Shown here: positions 8,886-24,951 of the stretch, piece by piece
How positions within the stretch are numbered: the stretch's first letter is position 1
Layout: every line of letters starts with the position of its first letter
Made by a program: the position numbers and the translations under genes
Origin: Pseudomonas aeruginosa PAO1
GTDB taxonomy: Bacteria; Pseudomonadota; Gammaproteobacteria; Pseudomonadales; Pseudomonadaceae
DNA length: 64,000 nt
Assembly (NCBI RefSeq): GCF_000006765.1
Contig: NC_002516.2
Reading direction: 5' to 3' (one strand)
The notes under the pieces: model-generated
What the model saw: the letters and a program-made list of their open reading frames with translations, nothing else
What the model was told of the DNA's origin: nothing
Databases searched by the model: none

Positions 8886-8992
8886 GCGCAGGAAAAGGGG
8901 GCGCGCAGGGCGCCCCTTCCCTCATCCTCCGTCCCTGACCGCGGGGAATGACGCTAGCGGCAACATCCCATCCCCGTGCAGCTGCGAATCCC

Positions 8993-11029
8993 TCAGCGCG
9001 CCAGCACTCGCCGGTAGAACAGCACGCAGATCGCGACGAATACCACCAGTCCCAGCCACTGGGCGATGCCCGCGAAGCCGGCGCCGGCCAGCGCCAACGG
9101 CGCGTCCTCGCCGGTGGCGCCGATCACCCCGGCGAGCAGGATGCCCATCAGGCTCTCGCCGACGATCAGCCCCGAAGCCAGCAGCACGCCGCGTCGCTTC
9201 GGCTCTTCGGCATAAGCCTCTTCGTCGACCCCGGCCGCCGCCGCACGCTTCTTCAGGGCATTTTCCAGCAGCCAGGAAATCAGCGCACCGACCACCAGGG
9301 TCATGCCGATGGTCGGCGGCAGGTAGATCCCCAGGCCCACCGCCAGCACCGGCAGGCAGGCCTTGCCGGTACGGCGCAGGAGCAGGTCGACGAGGATCAG
9401 GGCGATGCCCAGGGCGACGCCGATGAGGATCATGTTCCAGTTCAGCGCGTCGTGGAAAATCCCGCTGGCGATCGCCGTCATCAGGGTCGCCTGCGGCGCG
9501 GCCAGGGCCTGGCCGGGGTCCATTCCCTCGCGCGGCAGGGCCCCGGTGAAGCCGTAGGCGCTGTAGAGCAGTTCCAGCACCGGGGGGATCACCAGCGCGC
9601 CGACGATGCAGCCGACGATCAGCGCGACCTGCTGGCGCCAGGGCGTGGCGCCGACCAGGTAGCCGGTCTTGAGGTCCTGCAGGTTGTCGTTGGAGATCGC
9701 CGCGATGGCCAGCACCACCGAGGTGGTAAACAGCGCCAGGGCGATCGCCAGCTTGCCGTTCTGGCGGTCCAGCAGGCCGCCCTCGATGCTGCCGAAGCCG
9801 AGTATCAGCAACGACACCAGGATGACCGCGATGATTCCGATCCCCGAGATCGGACTGCTCGACGAACCGACCAGGCCGGCCATGTAGCCGCAGGCGGCGG
9901 CGATCAGGAAGCCGAAGAAGAAGGCGAACACCACGCATACCGCCACCAGACTCCAGAACTGCGGGCTGGCCATGTCCGGCGCGGCGGCACCGAGGAAGTG
10001 GCTGAAGACCACGAACAGCGAGACCAGCAGTATCCCGGCGATCAGCAGGATCCACTTGGCCGGCATGTCCAGCTCGGTGCGCAGGCTGTTCGCCTGGCTA
10101 TTGCCGCGCACTGCCCCGAGGGAGGCCCAGACGCCCCGCACCATCGGCTTGAACAGGGTCGCCAGGGTCCACAGCGCGGCCACGCCGATGGTGCCGGCGC
10201 CGAGGAAGCGCACCTGCGAACTCCACAGTTGGGTGGCCAGGTCCGACAGGCTCTGGCCGTCGGCCGGCACGCTGTTGACGGTCAGCAGCGGCACCGCGAC
10301 GCCCCAGGAGATCACCACGCCGATGAGGATCGCGATGCCGGCGGTGATGCCCATCAGGTAGCCGGCACCGACCAGCGCCAGGGAAAAACCGGTGGAAAGG
10401 CGGAACGCCGCCTGCCCGGCACTGAGCCAGACGCTGAAGCCTTCGGCGAGAACCTTGAAGCCGCTGCTCCAGAGGCTGAACAGCGCCGCCACCAGGCCGC
10501 CGCCGAGGATGTCGTAGAGCCCCGGCGCGTTACCGGCGGCACGCGGCGCGCGGGCGTCTTCCTCGTCCTCGGCGCCGTCGCTGCCGACCCGGAGGATTTC
10601 CGCCGCCGCCACCCCTTCCGGATACGGCAGTTCGCTCTGCACCACCATCACCCGGCGCAGCGGAATGGTATAGAGCACCCCGAGAATGCCGCCGATGGAG
10701 CAGATCGCCGCGGTCTGCCAGAACGGGAAGCCACTCCAGTAGCCGATCATCAGCAGGCCGGGAAGGATGAAGATGATCGAGGACAGAGTGCCGGCCGCCG
10801 AGGCCTGGGTCTGCACCATGTTGTTCTCGAGGATGTTGGCGCCGGAGAAGTAGCGCAGGACGGCCATCGAGATCACCGCCGCCGGGATCGACGAGGCGAA
10901 GGTCAGGCCGACCTTCAGACCGAGGTAGACGTTGGAGGCGGTGAAGACCACGGTGATCAGCGCACCGAGGATCAGGCCACGCAGGGTGAGCTCTGGCAGG
11001 GTCAGCTCATCCGGGATGCGTTCTTGCAT
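8993..11029 (-). CDS. OPT-family oligopeptide transporter
   Basis: ELTLRGLILG, NVYLGLKVGLTFASSIPAAVIS, ENNMVQTQASAAG and SNDNLQDLKTGYLVGATPWRQQ motifs. Confidence 0.93.
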   Translation of the reverse strand: MQERIPDELTLPELTLRGLILGALITVVFTASNVYLGLKVGLTFASSIPAAVISMAVLRYFSGANILENNMVQTQASAAGTLSSIIFILPGLLMIGYWSGFPFWQTAAICSIGGILGVLYTIPLRRVMVVQSELPYPEGVAAAEILRVGSDGAEDEEDARAPRAAGNAPGLYDILGGGLVAALFSLWSSGFKVLAEGFSVWLSAGQAAFRLSTGFSLALVGAGYLMGITAGIAILIGVVISWGVAVPLLTVNSVPADGQSLSDLATQLWSSQVRFLGAGTIGVAALWTLATLFKPMVRGVWASLGAVRGNSQANSLRTELDMPAKWILLIAGILLVSLFVVFSHFLGAAAPDMASPQFWSLVAVCVVFAFFFGFLIAAACGYMAGLVGSSSSPISGIGIIAVILVSLLILGFGSIEGGLLDRQNGKLAIALALFTTSVVLAIAAISNDNLQDLKTGYLVGATPWRQQVALIVGCIVGALVIPPVLELLYSAYGFTGALPREGMDPGQALAAPQATLMTAIASGIFHDALNWNMILIGVALGIALILVDLLLRRTGKACLPVLAVGLGIYLPPTIGMTLVVGALISWLLENALKKRAAAAGVDEEAYAEEPKRRGVLLASGLIVGESLMGILLAGVIGATGEDAPLALAGAGFAGIAQWLGLVVFVAICVLFYRRVLAR

Positions 11030-11191
11030 GGATGAAAACTCTCGAAACAATTGGACCCGCCAAGCTTAGGCGAGAGCGGCACGCCGGGACACGACAGCGA
11101 ATGTCGCAGAGGCGACCTTTTCGAGAGCAAAAGCTGGCGGAACGGACAGTTGCCGGCGCGGGCCGCCGGAGGAAGCCGGCGCGCGGCGTCG

Positions 11192-12025
11192 TCAGAAGGG
11201 CTTGTCGCCGAGGATGGTGGCGCGATGCATGACCCGCCGCTGTGGCCGGTAATCGTCCACCGCGTAGTGCTGCGTCACGCGGTTGTCCCAGAACGCCACG
11301 TCGTTTTCCTGCCAGCGCCAGCGCACGGTGAATTCAGGTCGCGTGGCATGGGCGAAGAGGAACTTCAGCAGCGCATCGCTCTCGGCCGGCTCCAGTTCGT
11401 TGATGCGGGTGGTGAAGCCATCGCTGACGAACAGGCCCTTGCGCCCGGTGACCGGATGGGTGCGCACCACCGGATGCGAGCGCGGCGGATTCTTCAGGCG
11501 GGCCTCCTCCAGGCGCGCCAGGTCGGCCTCGGTGACGCCGAAGCGCTCGCGGGGGAAGGACTTGCCGATGTCGTGGGTCGCCGTGAGGCCGTCCAGCAGA
11601 CGCCGCAGCGGCGCCGACAGCGCCTCGTAGGCCGCCGTGCTGCTCGCCCAGAGGGTGTCGCCGCCGTACGGCGGCAATTGCTTGGCGGCGAGCACGGCTC
11701 CCAGCGCCGGGGTCTCGAGGAAGGTCACGTCGGTGTGCCAGATGGCATTGTCGCGCACGTCGGTGACCGCGGTGTCGAGGACGATGACCTCCGGCTGCTC
11801 CGGCACGCTGGGGTAGATAGGATGGATGTGCAGGTCGCCGAAGCGGGCGGCGAAGCGCGCCTGGCTCCTGGGTTCCAGCGACTGGTCGCGGAAGAACAGC
11901 ACCTGGTGTTCGAGCAGGGCCTGCTCGATGGCCCGCTGGCCGGTGTCGTCCAGCGGCGCGCCGAGGTCGATGCCGGAAACGATGGCGCCCAGGGCCGGGC
12001 TGATGGGTTGGATGGTCAGGCTCAT
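11192..12025 (-). CDS. tauD: Taurine dioxygenase (alpha-ketoglutarate dependent)
   Basis: WHTDVTF facial triad; WDNRVTQH and RVMHRATI motifs. Confidence 0.97.
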   Translation of the reverse strand: MSLTIQPISPALGAIVSGIDLGAPLDDTGQRAIEQALLEHQVLFFRDQSLEPRSQARFAARFGDLHIHPIYPSVPEQPEVIVLDTAVTDVRDNAIWHTDVTFLETPALGAVLAAKQLPPYGGDTLWASSTAAYEALSAPLRRLLDGLTATHDIGKSFPRERFGVTEADLARLEEARLKNPPRSHPVVRTHPVTGRKGLFVSDGFTTRINELEPAESDALLKFLFAHATRPEFTVRWRWQENDVAFWDNRVTQHYAVDDYRPQRRVMHRATILGDKPF

Positions 12026-12131
12026 GTCGTGCTACTCGTCGGGCAGGTTGCGGGCGCGCCCTGCGCGCCCTCGCTCCGGCCTTCGCCGCGTGAGTGAAGG
12101 CCGGTTCGGAAATGACTCGGGACTCTCGCGC

Positions 12132-12950
12132 TCAACCCCAGGCGGCGAAGCGCCGCTGGACCCAGCGCAGCCCCAGTTCGAAGGCCAGGGCGATGGCGGC
12201 GATCAGCAGGATGCCGACCACCACCACGTCGGTGGCGAGGAATTGCGCGGCGGACTGGACCATGAAGCCGAGGCCTCGGTTGGCCGCGATCAGCTCGGCG
12301 GCGACCAGGGTCGACCAGCCGACGCCGAGGGCGATGCGCAGGCCGGTGAGGACCTCCGGCAAGGCACTCGGCAGGATCACGTAGCGCACCACCTGCCAGC
12401 GGCTGGCCCCCAGGCAGCGCACCGCCTGCACCCGCGATCGGTCGACGCGACGCACGCCGGCGGCGGTAGCGATCAGCAGCGGCGCGAACAGCGCCAGGTA
12501 GATCAGCAGCACCTTGCTCAGCTCGCCGATGCCGAACCAGATGACGATCAACGGCAGGTAGGCCAACGGCGGGATCGGCCGGTAGAACTCCACCAGCGGA
12601 TCGAGGGCCGCTCCGGCCAAGGGATTGAGGCCCATCAGCACGCCCAGCGGGATCGCCGTCAGCACCGCCGCGCCGAGCGCCAGGAGCACCCGCAGCAGAC
12701 TGGTGCCGACGTGTTGCAGCAGGCTGGCATCGAGGTAGCCCTCCTGCCATAGCCGTTGCAGGGCTTCGAAGAGCTGTTCGGGCGCCGGCAGGAACAGCAC
12801 GTCGACCCAGCCGAAACGGGTCGCCGCCCACCACAGCAGGGCCAGGGCCAGCACGCTGGCACCGGCGGCCCAGCGCCGACGGTCGCCGGGCAGACGGCGC
12901 TTGCGCGGGACAGGATTGGCAACGGCGAGTCCGAGGGTATCAGTGGGCAT
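12132..12950 (-). CDS. tauC: Taurine ABC transporter permease
   Basis: EFYRPIPPLAYLPL; EAA-like loop with ILPSALPE; position in operon. Confidence 0.93.
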   Translation of the reverse strand: MPTDTLGLAVANPVPRKRRLPGDRRRWAAGASVLALALLWWAATRFGWVDVLFLPAPEQLFEALQRLWQEGYLDASLLQHVGTSLLRVLLALGAAVLTAIPLGVLMGLNPLAGAALDPLVEFYRPIPPLAYLPLIVIWFGIGELSKVLLIYLALFAPLLIATAAGVRRVDRSRVQAVRCLGASRWQVVRYVILPSALPEVLTGLRIALGVGWSTLVAAELIAANRGLGFMVQSAAQFLATDVVVVGILLIAAIALAFELGLRWVQRRFAAWG

Positions 12951-13731
12951 GTTCGGCCTCCGCGACATCGAGGAATTCGTCCAGCAACGCCTGGCGCAAA
13001 CGGCCGAACTCGGGATCAGCCTTGATCGAACGCACCGTTTCGCCGGCGGCGTAACGCCGCGCGAAGTCCACCGGCAGGCGCTTGACGATGCGCGCCGGCG
13101 GGCCGTCCATCACCACCAGGTCGGTAGCCAGGAACAGGGCTTCGTCGACGCTGTGGGTGATCAGGAAGAGGCCCTTGCCGGTCTGCTTCCACAGGTCCAG
13201 CAGGAGCACCTGCATGCGCTCGCGGGTCAGCGCGTCGAGCGCGCCGAACGGCTCGTCGAGCAGCAGGAAGTCCGGCTCGACCGCCAGCGCGCGTGCCAGC
13301 CCGAGGCGTTGCCGCTGGCCGCCGGAGAGCTGAGCGACGGACTGCTCGGCGTACTCCTGGAGGCCCACCAGTTGCAGGACCTGGCGCGCCCGCGCGGTGC
13401 GCTCGGCCTTGCCCAGGCCACGGATGCGCAGGCCCAGGGCGACGTTGTCGAGGGCGTTGAGCCAGGGCATCAGGGCGTCGTCCTGGAATACCACGCCGCG
13501 CTCGCCGCCAGGCCCTTCGAGTGTCCGGCCGTCGATCTGCACGCGTCCCTGGTCCGGCTTCTGGAAACCGGCAAGGATGTTCAGCAGTGTCGACTTGCCG
13601 CAGCCCGAAGGACCCAGCACCACCAGCGACTCGCCCTTGGCCAGGCCCAGGCTGAGATCGCGGAGGATGGCGCGGCGCTGGCCGCGCTGTTCGAATGAGA
13701 GGCTGATCGCCTCGGCCGTCAGACGGCTCAT
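12940..13731 (-). CDS. tauB: Taurine ABC transporter ATP-binding protein
   Basis: GPSGCGKS, LSGGQRQR and LLLDEPFGALD motifs. Confidence 0.95.
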   Translation of the reverse strand: MSRLTAEAISLSFEQRGQRRAILRDLSLGLAKGESLVVLGPSGCGKSTLLNILAGFQKPDQGRVQIDGRTLEGPGGERGVVFQDDALMPWLNALDNVALGLRIRGLGKAERTARARQVLQLVGLQEYAEQSVAQLSGGQRQRLGLARALAVEPDFLLLDEPFGALDALTRERMQVLLLDLWKQTGKGLFLITHSVDEALFLATDLVVMDGPPARIVKRLPVDFARRYAAGETVRSIKADPEFGRLRQALLDEFLDVAEAEHAH

Positions 13732-13752
13732 GTGTTCTGCCCTCCGTAGGGT

Positions 13753-13788
13753 AAGAAAGCCTCCGCTCCGACAGGCCGGAGCGGAGGC
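13753..13788 (-). terminator. Intra-operon stem-loop/terminator between tauA and tauB
   Basis: 12-bp stem GCCTCCGCTCCG/CGGAGCGGAGGC with AAGAAA on + (UUUCUU on -). Confidence 0.6.
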
Positions 13789-13795
13789 GCGGAAT

Positions 13796-14809
13796 TCAGC
13801 GCTGGCCGACCTGGACCTGCTCCGCCTGGCGCACGAAGTCGGCGCTGACGTAGGGCGAGTAGTCGCCGAGGACGGCCGGCACGCGCTTCTGTTCCTTGAG
13901 GAATTCGGCAGTGCCGGCGATAGCCTTGGCGGTGCCGCCGCCGAGCAGGTCGGCGGACAGTTGCGCCTGGCTTTCCGGGAAGGTCGAGCCGGCCAGCAGT
14001 TCGGGGACGTCCCTGGGATCGGCGCCGGTCAGCCGGGCGATCTTCTTCACCGGCTCGGAGTCGGCGGTCCATTCGGCCTTGTGCGCGTTGTAGTCGGCGA
14101 AGGAATCGAGGCTGACGCGGGCGAAGCGGGCGACGATTTCAGGATGCTTCTCGGCGAAGTCCTTGCGCGCCACCCACACCTCGAAGGTCGGCGCACCCCA
14201 CTGGCCGACTTCGGCGGCGTCGGTGAGGACCTTGCCGCTTTTCTTGATCTCGCCCAGCGCCGGCGACCAGACGAAGGCCCCGTCGATGTCGCCGCGACGC
14301 CAGGCGGCAGCGATCTCGGCCGGGTTGAGGTTGACGATCTTCACCTTGGACGGATCGATCTGCCAGTGCTTGAGGGCGCCGAGCAGGCTGTAGTGGGAGG
14401 TTGAAACGAACGGGGTAGCGATGGTCTTGCCGACCAGGTCCTCGGGTTTCCCGATCCCGCTTCCATTGCGCACCACCAGCGCCTCGGCGGCGTTGATCTG
14501 CGCGGAAACGATGAAGGCGACGATCGGCAGCTTCCGCGAGGTCGCCGCTGCCAGCGGGCTGGACCCGATGTTGCCGAGTTGCAGGTCTCCGGAGGCGAGC
14601 GCGGCGATCACTTCCGGACCGCTGTTGAAGCGGCGCCAGTCGATCTTCTCGCCGATGGCTTTCTCGTACAGGCCATCGGCCTGGGGCACCTTGGTCGGGT
14701 CGATGCCGGTCTGGTAGCCGACCGTGATGTCGGCGGCCTGGGCGGCGACAGAAAGGCTGGCAAAGGCCAGGGCTGCCACCAGGCGGTGCAGGGAATTCGG
14801 GCGTTTCAT
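13796..14809 (-). CDS. tauA: Taurine ABC transporter periplasmic binding protein
   Basis: Signal peptide; VGYQTGIDP, WRRFNSG and TPFVSTSHYSL motifs; first gene of the tau operon. Confidence 0.95.
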   Translation of the reverse strand: MKRPNSLHRLVAALAFASLSVAAQAADITVGYQTGIDPTKVPQADGLYEKAIGEKIDWRRFNSGPEVIAALASGDLQLGNIGSSPLAAATSRKLPIVAFIVSAQINAAEALVVRNGSGIGKPEDLVGKTIATPFVSTSHYSLLGALKHWQIDPSKVKIVNLNPAEIAAAWRRGDIDGAFVWSPALGEIKKSGKVLTDAAEVGQWGAPTFEVWVARKDFAEKHPEIVARFARVSLDSFADYNAHKAEWTADSEPVKKIARLTGADPRDVPELLAGSTFPESQAQLSADLLGGGTAKAIAGTAEFLKEQKRVPAVLGDYSPYVSADFVRQAEQVQVGQR

Positions 14810-15013
14810 CGGGCGAACCTCGGAGGCAACGGTGCCGCGCTCCGGAGGAGAACGGACCAGGGACGGGCAATGGGTGGCGACAGCGAGTCCGGTGGTCCGG
14901 TGCGATGCAGATTACAGATATAAAAAACGCGATATAAATAATATTTTGGAATTAGTTTATGAGCGCGAATGCGCCCCCGGATGCCCTTCCGCCCTTGCTC
15001 CATGCCCCCGTCC

Positions 15014-15934
15014 CTACAGGGCCGCGCCCAGCAGACGGGCTTCCAGGGCCTGTCGGCGCAGGCAGGCGAGCAGCCCGGCGCGGGCCACCGCCTCCGCCTC
15101 GCTCGCCAGCAGCGACGCCGCCGCGCTTTCGCGGAATGTCAGCGCGCCGCCGCGGGCGAATGCCGCCTGGAAGGACTCCGCCGCCAGTTCGACAAGACGC
15201 AGCGCGAGGGCGAGGAGACGCGGCGCCTCTCCCTGCCCCGCCACGTCGCCCGGCACCCGCGCAGCCTGGCCCAGGTCGAGGTTGGCCTGGGCCAATCGGG
15301 TCAAGCCTTCGCGCAGTTGCCCGCACGGGGTCGGCGGCAGGCCGGGCGGCACCAGGATGTCCTCGGGATGCAGCCGCAGCCGCTGGTAATGCAGCCGCTG
15401 CCCGGCGGGCAAGAACAGCCCCGAGCCATCGGCGAGGCCGGAGATGTCGATGCCTGCCCGCCCCGTTTCGGCGACAGCGATCAGGTGAGCGCGGGAGGGC
15501 GCGTGCCAGGCTGAGATCAGCAAGCGATCCACGTCTTCCACGGCGAAGCAATCGCTACCCCGTCCACCCACCAGGAAACCGCCCCGCCAGTGCTCCTGCG
15601 CTTCGGGCTGGGCGCGCCGCAGATCGACCGCCTCGCTCCACAGCCAGCGGCGCTCGACGCTGGCCGGCAACAGGCGGCGCTGCTGTTCAGGACTACCCAG
15701 CAGGCGAATGGAAGCGATCTGCAGATGATGCAGGGCCAGGCGCCGTGCCAGCTCGAGTTCCTGCTCGGCCAGGTGGCGGACGCCAGCGAAGATTTCCCCC
15801 CAGTCCCGCTCCATGCCGGCGAACACGCGCGGCACTGCCAGCGCCAGCAGTCCACTGTCGCGCAGGCTTGCCGCCCAACCGGCCATGGGTCGCGGTGTCC
15901 TGGGGTCGGGCGAGTGGAGCCGGGCTTCGCTCAT
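15014..15934 (-). CDS. Divergent acyl-CoA dehydrogenase-fold protein (SfnB/DszC-like), possibly non-catalytic
   Basis: LRDSGLLALAVP...HHLQIASIRLLGSPEQQRR resembles the N-terminus of sulfur-acquisition monooxygenases; only 306 aa. Confidence 0.7.
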   Translation of the reverse strand: MSEARLHSPDPRTPRPMAGWAASLRDSGLLALAVPRVFAGMERDWGEIFAGVRHLAEQELELARRLALHHLQIASIRLLGSPEQQRRLLPASVERRWLWSEAVDLRRAQPEAQEHWRGGFLVGGRGSDCFAVEDVDRLLISAWHAPSRAHLIAVAETGRAGIDISGLADGSGLFLPAGQRLHYQRLRLHPEDILVPPGLPPTPCGQLREGLTRLAQANLDLGQAARVPGDVAGQGEAPRLLALALRLVELAAESFQAAFARGGALTFRESAAASLLASEAEAVARAGLLACLRRQALEARLLGAAL

Positions 15935-16302
15935 GCGGCACCTCGAACGGGGAGCGAGGGCCAGGCGTTGGCGCGAGGTAAGCAGGCTCCGGTGATGGAA
16001 AGGGACGGGATGTCCTGCTTATAACCCTAATGGATGAAACCCTAATCTATAAATAACCAATAATCCTTAACTAAGAACCGGAGGCATGCGCCCTGGCAGA
16101 ACCATGAGGATGCGTCGGGCAACCGACGCCGGCATCATTCCGGACAGCCGCGAAAACCTCTGTAACGGCTCTGTCATGCGCGTCGTGCGAGGAAACAAAT
16201 AAGCGGAGAAAAGGGAACCTTATTCGCGCCAAGCTGTTTAAAATCACGCCCGTTTCTGTGCGAGGCCCCTCGCGCAGTCTTTTACCAAGGAGCTACACCA
16301 CC

Positions 16303-16584
16303 ATGGCACTGACCAAAGACCAACTGATCCAGGACATCGCCGAAGCCATCGACGCGCAGAAGACCACCGTTCGCAGCGCGCTCGACCAGCTCGCCGAGAT
16401 CGTCAAGGACGCCCTGGAGAACGATGGCGAAATCACCCTGCCGGGTATCGGCAAGCTGAAGGTCTCCGAGCGTCCCGCGCGCACCGGCCGCAACCCGCAG
16501 ACCGGCAAGGCGATCGAGATCGCTGCCAAGCGTGTAGCCAAGTTCGTTCCGGCCAAGGCGCTGACCGACGCGATCAACGGCTGA
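16303..16584 (+). CDS. HU-family DNA-binding protein
   Basis: MALTKDQLIQDIA...RPARTGRNPQTGKAIEIAAKRVAKFVPAKAL; AAGGAG RBS. Confidence 0.95.
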   Translation: MALTKDQLIQDIAEAIDAQKTTVRSALDQLAEIVKDALENDGEITLPGIGKLKVSERPARTGRNPQTGKAIEIAAKRVAKFVPAKALTDAING

Positions 16585-16617
16585 TAACGGCCGCCGCATC
16601 CCGCACGGATGCGCAGG

Positions 16618-16653
16618 AAAAAAGCGCAGGAGCCTGGCCTCCTGCGCTTTTTT
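16618..16653. terminator. Bidirectional intrinsic terminator
   Basis: AAAAAAGCGCAGGAG-cctggc-CTCCTGCGCTTTTTT between the convergent HU and HAD genes. Confidence 0.9.
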
Positions 16654-16707
16654 CGTTTTCGGGGAGCCGCTGGCGCTGCCGCCCTCGAGGTTTTCCGCCG
16701 GATATTC

Positions 16708-17304
16708 CTACGGCGTTTGCAGTTGCTCGAGCAACGCATGGCAATCGGCAGCGTGCCAGTCGGCCAGCTCCGGCCAGGGGTTTTCCGGCAGGTTGACCAG
16801 CACCGTGCGACTACCCGCGGCGCGTCCGCAGTCGAGGTCGAAACGGTAGTCGCCGACCATCACCAGCTCCGCCGGCGTCACGTTCCAGCGTCGGGCGATG
16901 CGCAGCAAGCCATCAGGGTCCGGCTTGGGCCGCGCCTCGCCGCGCCCGAGGATGTGCTCGCTGGGGAAGCAGCCGCCCAGGCCGATCGCTTCGAGGGTGA
17001 TCAGCGCCAACTGGTGGTCGTTGCGGGTCAGGATGCCCAGGCGCACGCCGCGCCGCTGCAACTCGCGCACCAGTTCCAGTGCGCCCGGCGCCGGCCGCGC
17101 GGCCTCGGCCAGGGCGCGCTCGTGTTCGAGCAGCCAGGCGTGCTTGGCCGCCGCCTCGGCCTCGGGCAGGGCGGCGAGGTGCAGCAGGATGTCGTCCTGC
17201 TCGGGGATGTCCAGCGCTCGGCGGATCGCCGGGAAGTCGTGCACGGCCCGGGTCAGGGTGCCGTCCATGTCGAACACCCAGTGGCGGATGTCGGCCAGCC
17301 TCAC
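16708..17304 (-). CDS. HAD-superfamily hydrolase
   Basis: WVFDMDGTL, ILTRN, KPDPD and VMVGDYRFD motifs; GTGA overlap with the tesB stop. Confidence 0.93.
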   Translation of the reverse strand: MRLADIRHWVFDMDGTLTRAVHDFPAIRRALDIPEQDDILLHLAALPEAEAAAKHAWLLEHERALAEAARPAPGALELVRELQRRGVRLGILTRNDHQLALITLEAIGLGGCFPSEHILGRGEARPKPDPDGLLRIARRWNVTPAELVMVGDYRFDLDCGRAAGSRTVLVNLPENPWPELADWHAADCHALLEQLQTP

Positions 17305-18170
17305 GCCCAGTCCTCACGCTTGCGGATCAGGCCTTCCTGGCTCGACGAGGCGACCAGCTGGCCGCTCTGGTTGAAGATGCTGCCGCGCACGAAACCGCGT
17401 GCGTTGCCGGCCCAGGGGCTGTCGATGGCGTAGAGCAGCCACTCGTCCGCGCGCAGGTCGCGGTGGAACCACAGGGCGTGGTCGAGGCTGGCGACCTGCA
17501 TGGTCTTCTGCCACACCGAAACGGCATGGGGCTGCATCGAGGTGGTAAGGAAACCGAAGTCCGAGGCGTAGGCCAGCAGGTACTTGTGCAGCGCCGGGAC
17601 GTCCGGCAGCTTGCCGTCGGCACGGAACCAGAGGTACTTCACCGGTTCGTCGGGCTGCGGGTCGTAGGGGTCGTGCTGGGTGACCGGACGAATCTCGATG
17701 GGCTTCGGATACAGCAGCTTGTCGCGGATGCGCTCGGGAATCCGCTCGGCGCGCTGGCGGGTCAGCTCCAGTTCCGAAGGCAGATTATCCGGGCCAACCA
17801 CCTCGGGCATCTCGATCTGGTGGTGGAAACCTTCCTCGTCGTACTGGAAGGAGCTGCTCAGGGTGAAGATCGGCTGGCCTTTCTGGATCGCGGTGACCCG
17901 GCGGGTGCTGAAGCTGCCGCCGTCGCGCACCCGGTCCACCTGGTAGACCACCGGCATGCTGGCGTCACCGGGACGCAGGAAGTAGCCGTGCATGGAGTGT
18001 ACGTGGCGATCGTCCTCCACCGTCTGGCTGGCCGCCGACAGCGCCTGCCCCAGGACCTGGCCGCCATAGAGCTGGCGGAAGCCGAGATCCTGGCTCATGC
18101 CCCGGAACAGGTTCTCCTCGATGGGTTCCAGGCTCAGCAAAGCCACCAGGTTGTCCAGTATCTGGGTCAT
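17301..18170 (-). CDS. tesB: Acyl-CoA thioesterase II
   Basis: LYGGQVLGQAL, HSMHGYFLRPG, LAYASDF and ASLDHALWFH motifs. Confidence 0.96.
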   Translation of the reverse strand: MTQILDNLVALLSLEPIEENLFRGMSQDLGFRQLYGGQVLGQALSAASQTVEDDRHVHSMHGYFLRPGDASMPVVYQVDRVRDGGSFSTRRVTAIQKGQPIFTLSSSFQYDEEGFHHQIEMPEVVGPDNLPSELELTRQRAERIPERIRDKLLYPKPIEIRPVTQHDPYDPQPDEPVKYLWFRADGKLPDVPALHKYLLAYASDFGFLTTSMQPHAVSVWQKTMQVASLDHALWFHRDLRADEWLLYAIDSPWAGNARGFVRGSIFNQSGQLVASSSQEGLIRKREDWA

Positions 18171-18203
18171 GGGGTGTTTCCTCGAATTCGGGCTGTCGAC
18201 GGG

Positions 18204-21181
<2,978 letters not shown>

Positions 21182-21211
21182 TTACCGCCCGGGCAACGGG
21201 CGCGGGCCGCG

Positions 21212-24850
<3,639 letters not shown>

Positions 24851-24951
24851 GAAAGGTCTGTGCGGCAGGGCCGGCAGTTGTATGGAAAGGAAACGCGTCC
24901 GGCGCGAGGCCCGGCGTTCGGCTAGAGGCAGCCGAGGCCAGGGCGGCGGCG

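Noticed and set aside
15969-15984. TGGCGCGAGGTAAGCA (GG-N10-GC)
   Set aside because: Points away from the nearest gene, lies over 300 nt from the HU start, and has a poor -12 context; probably chance.
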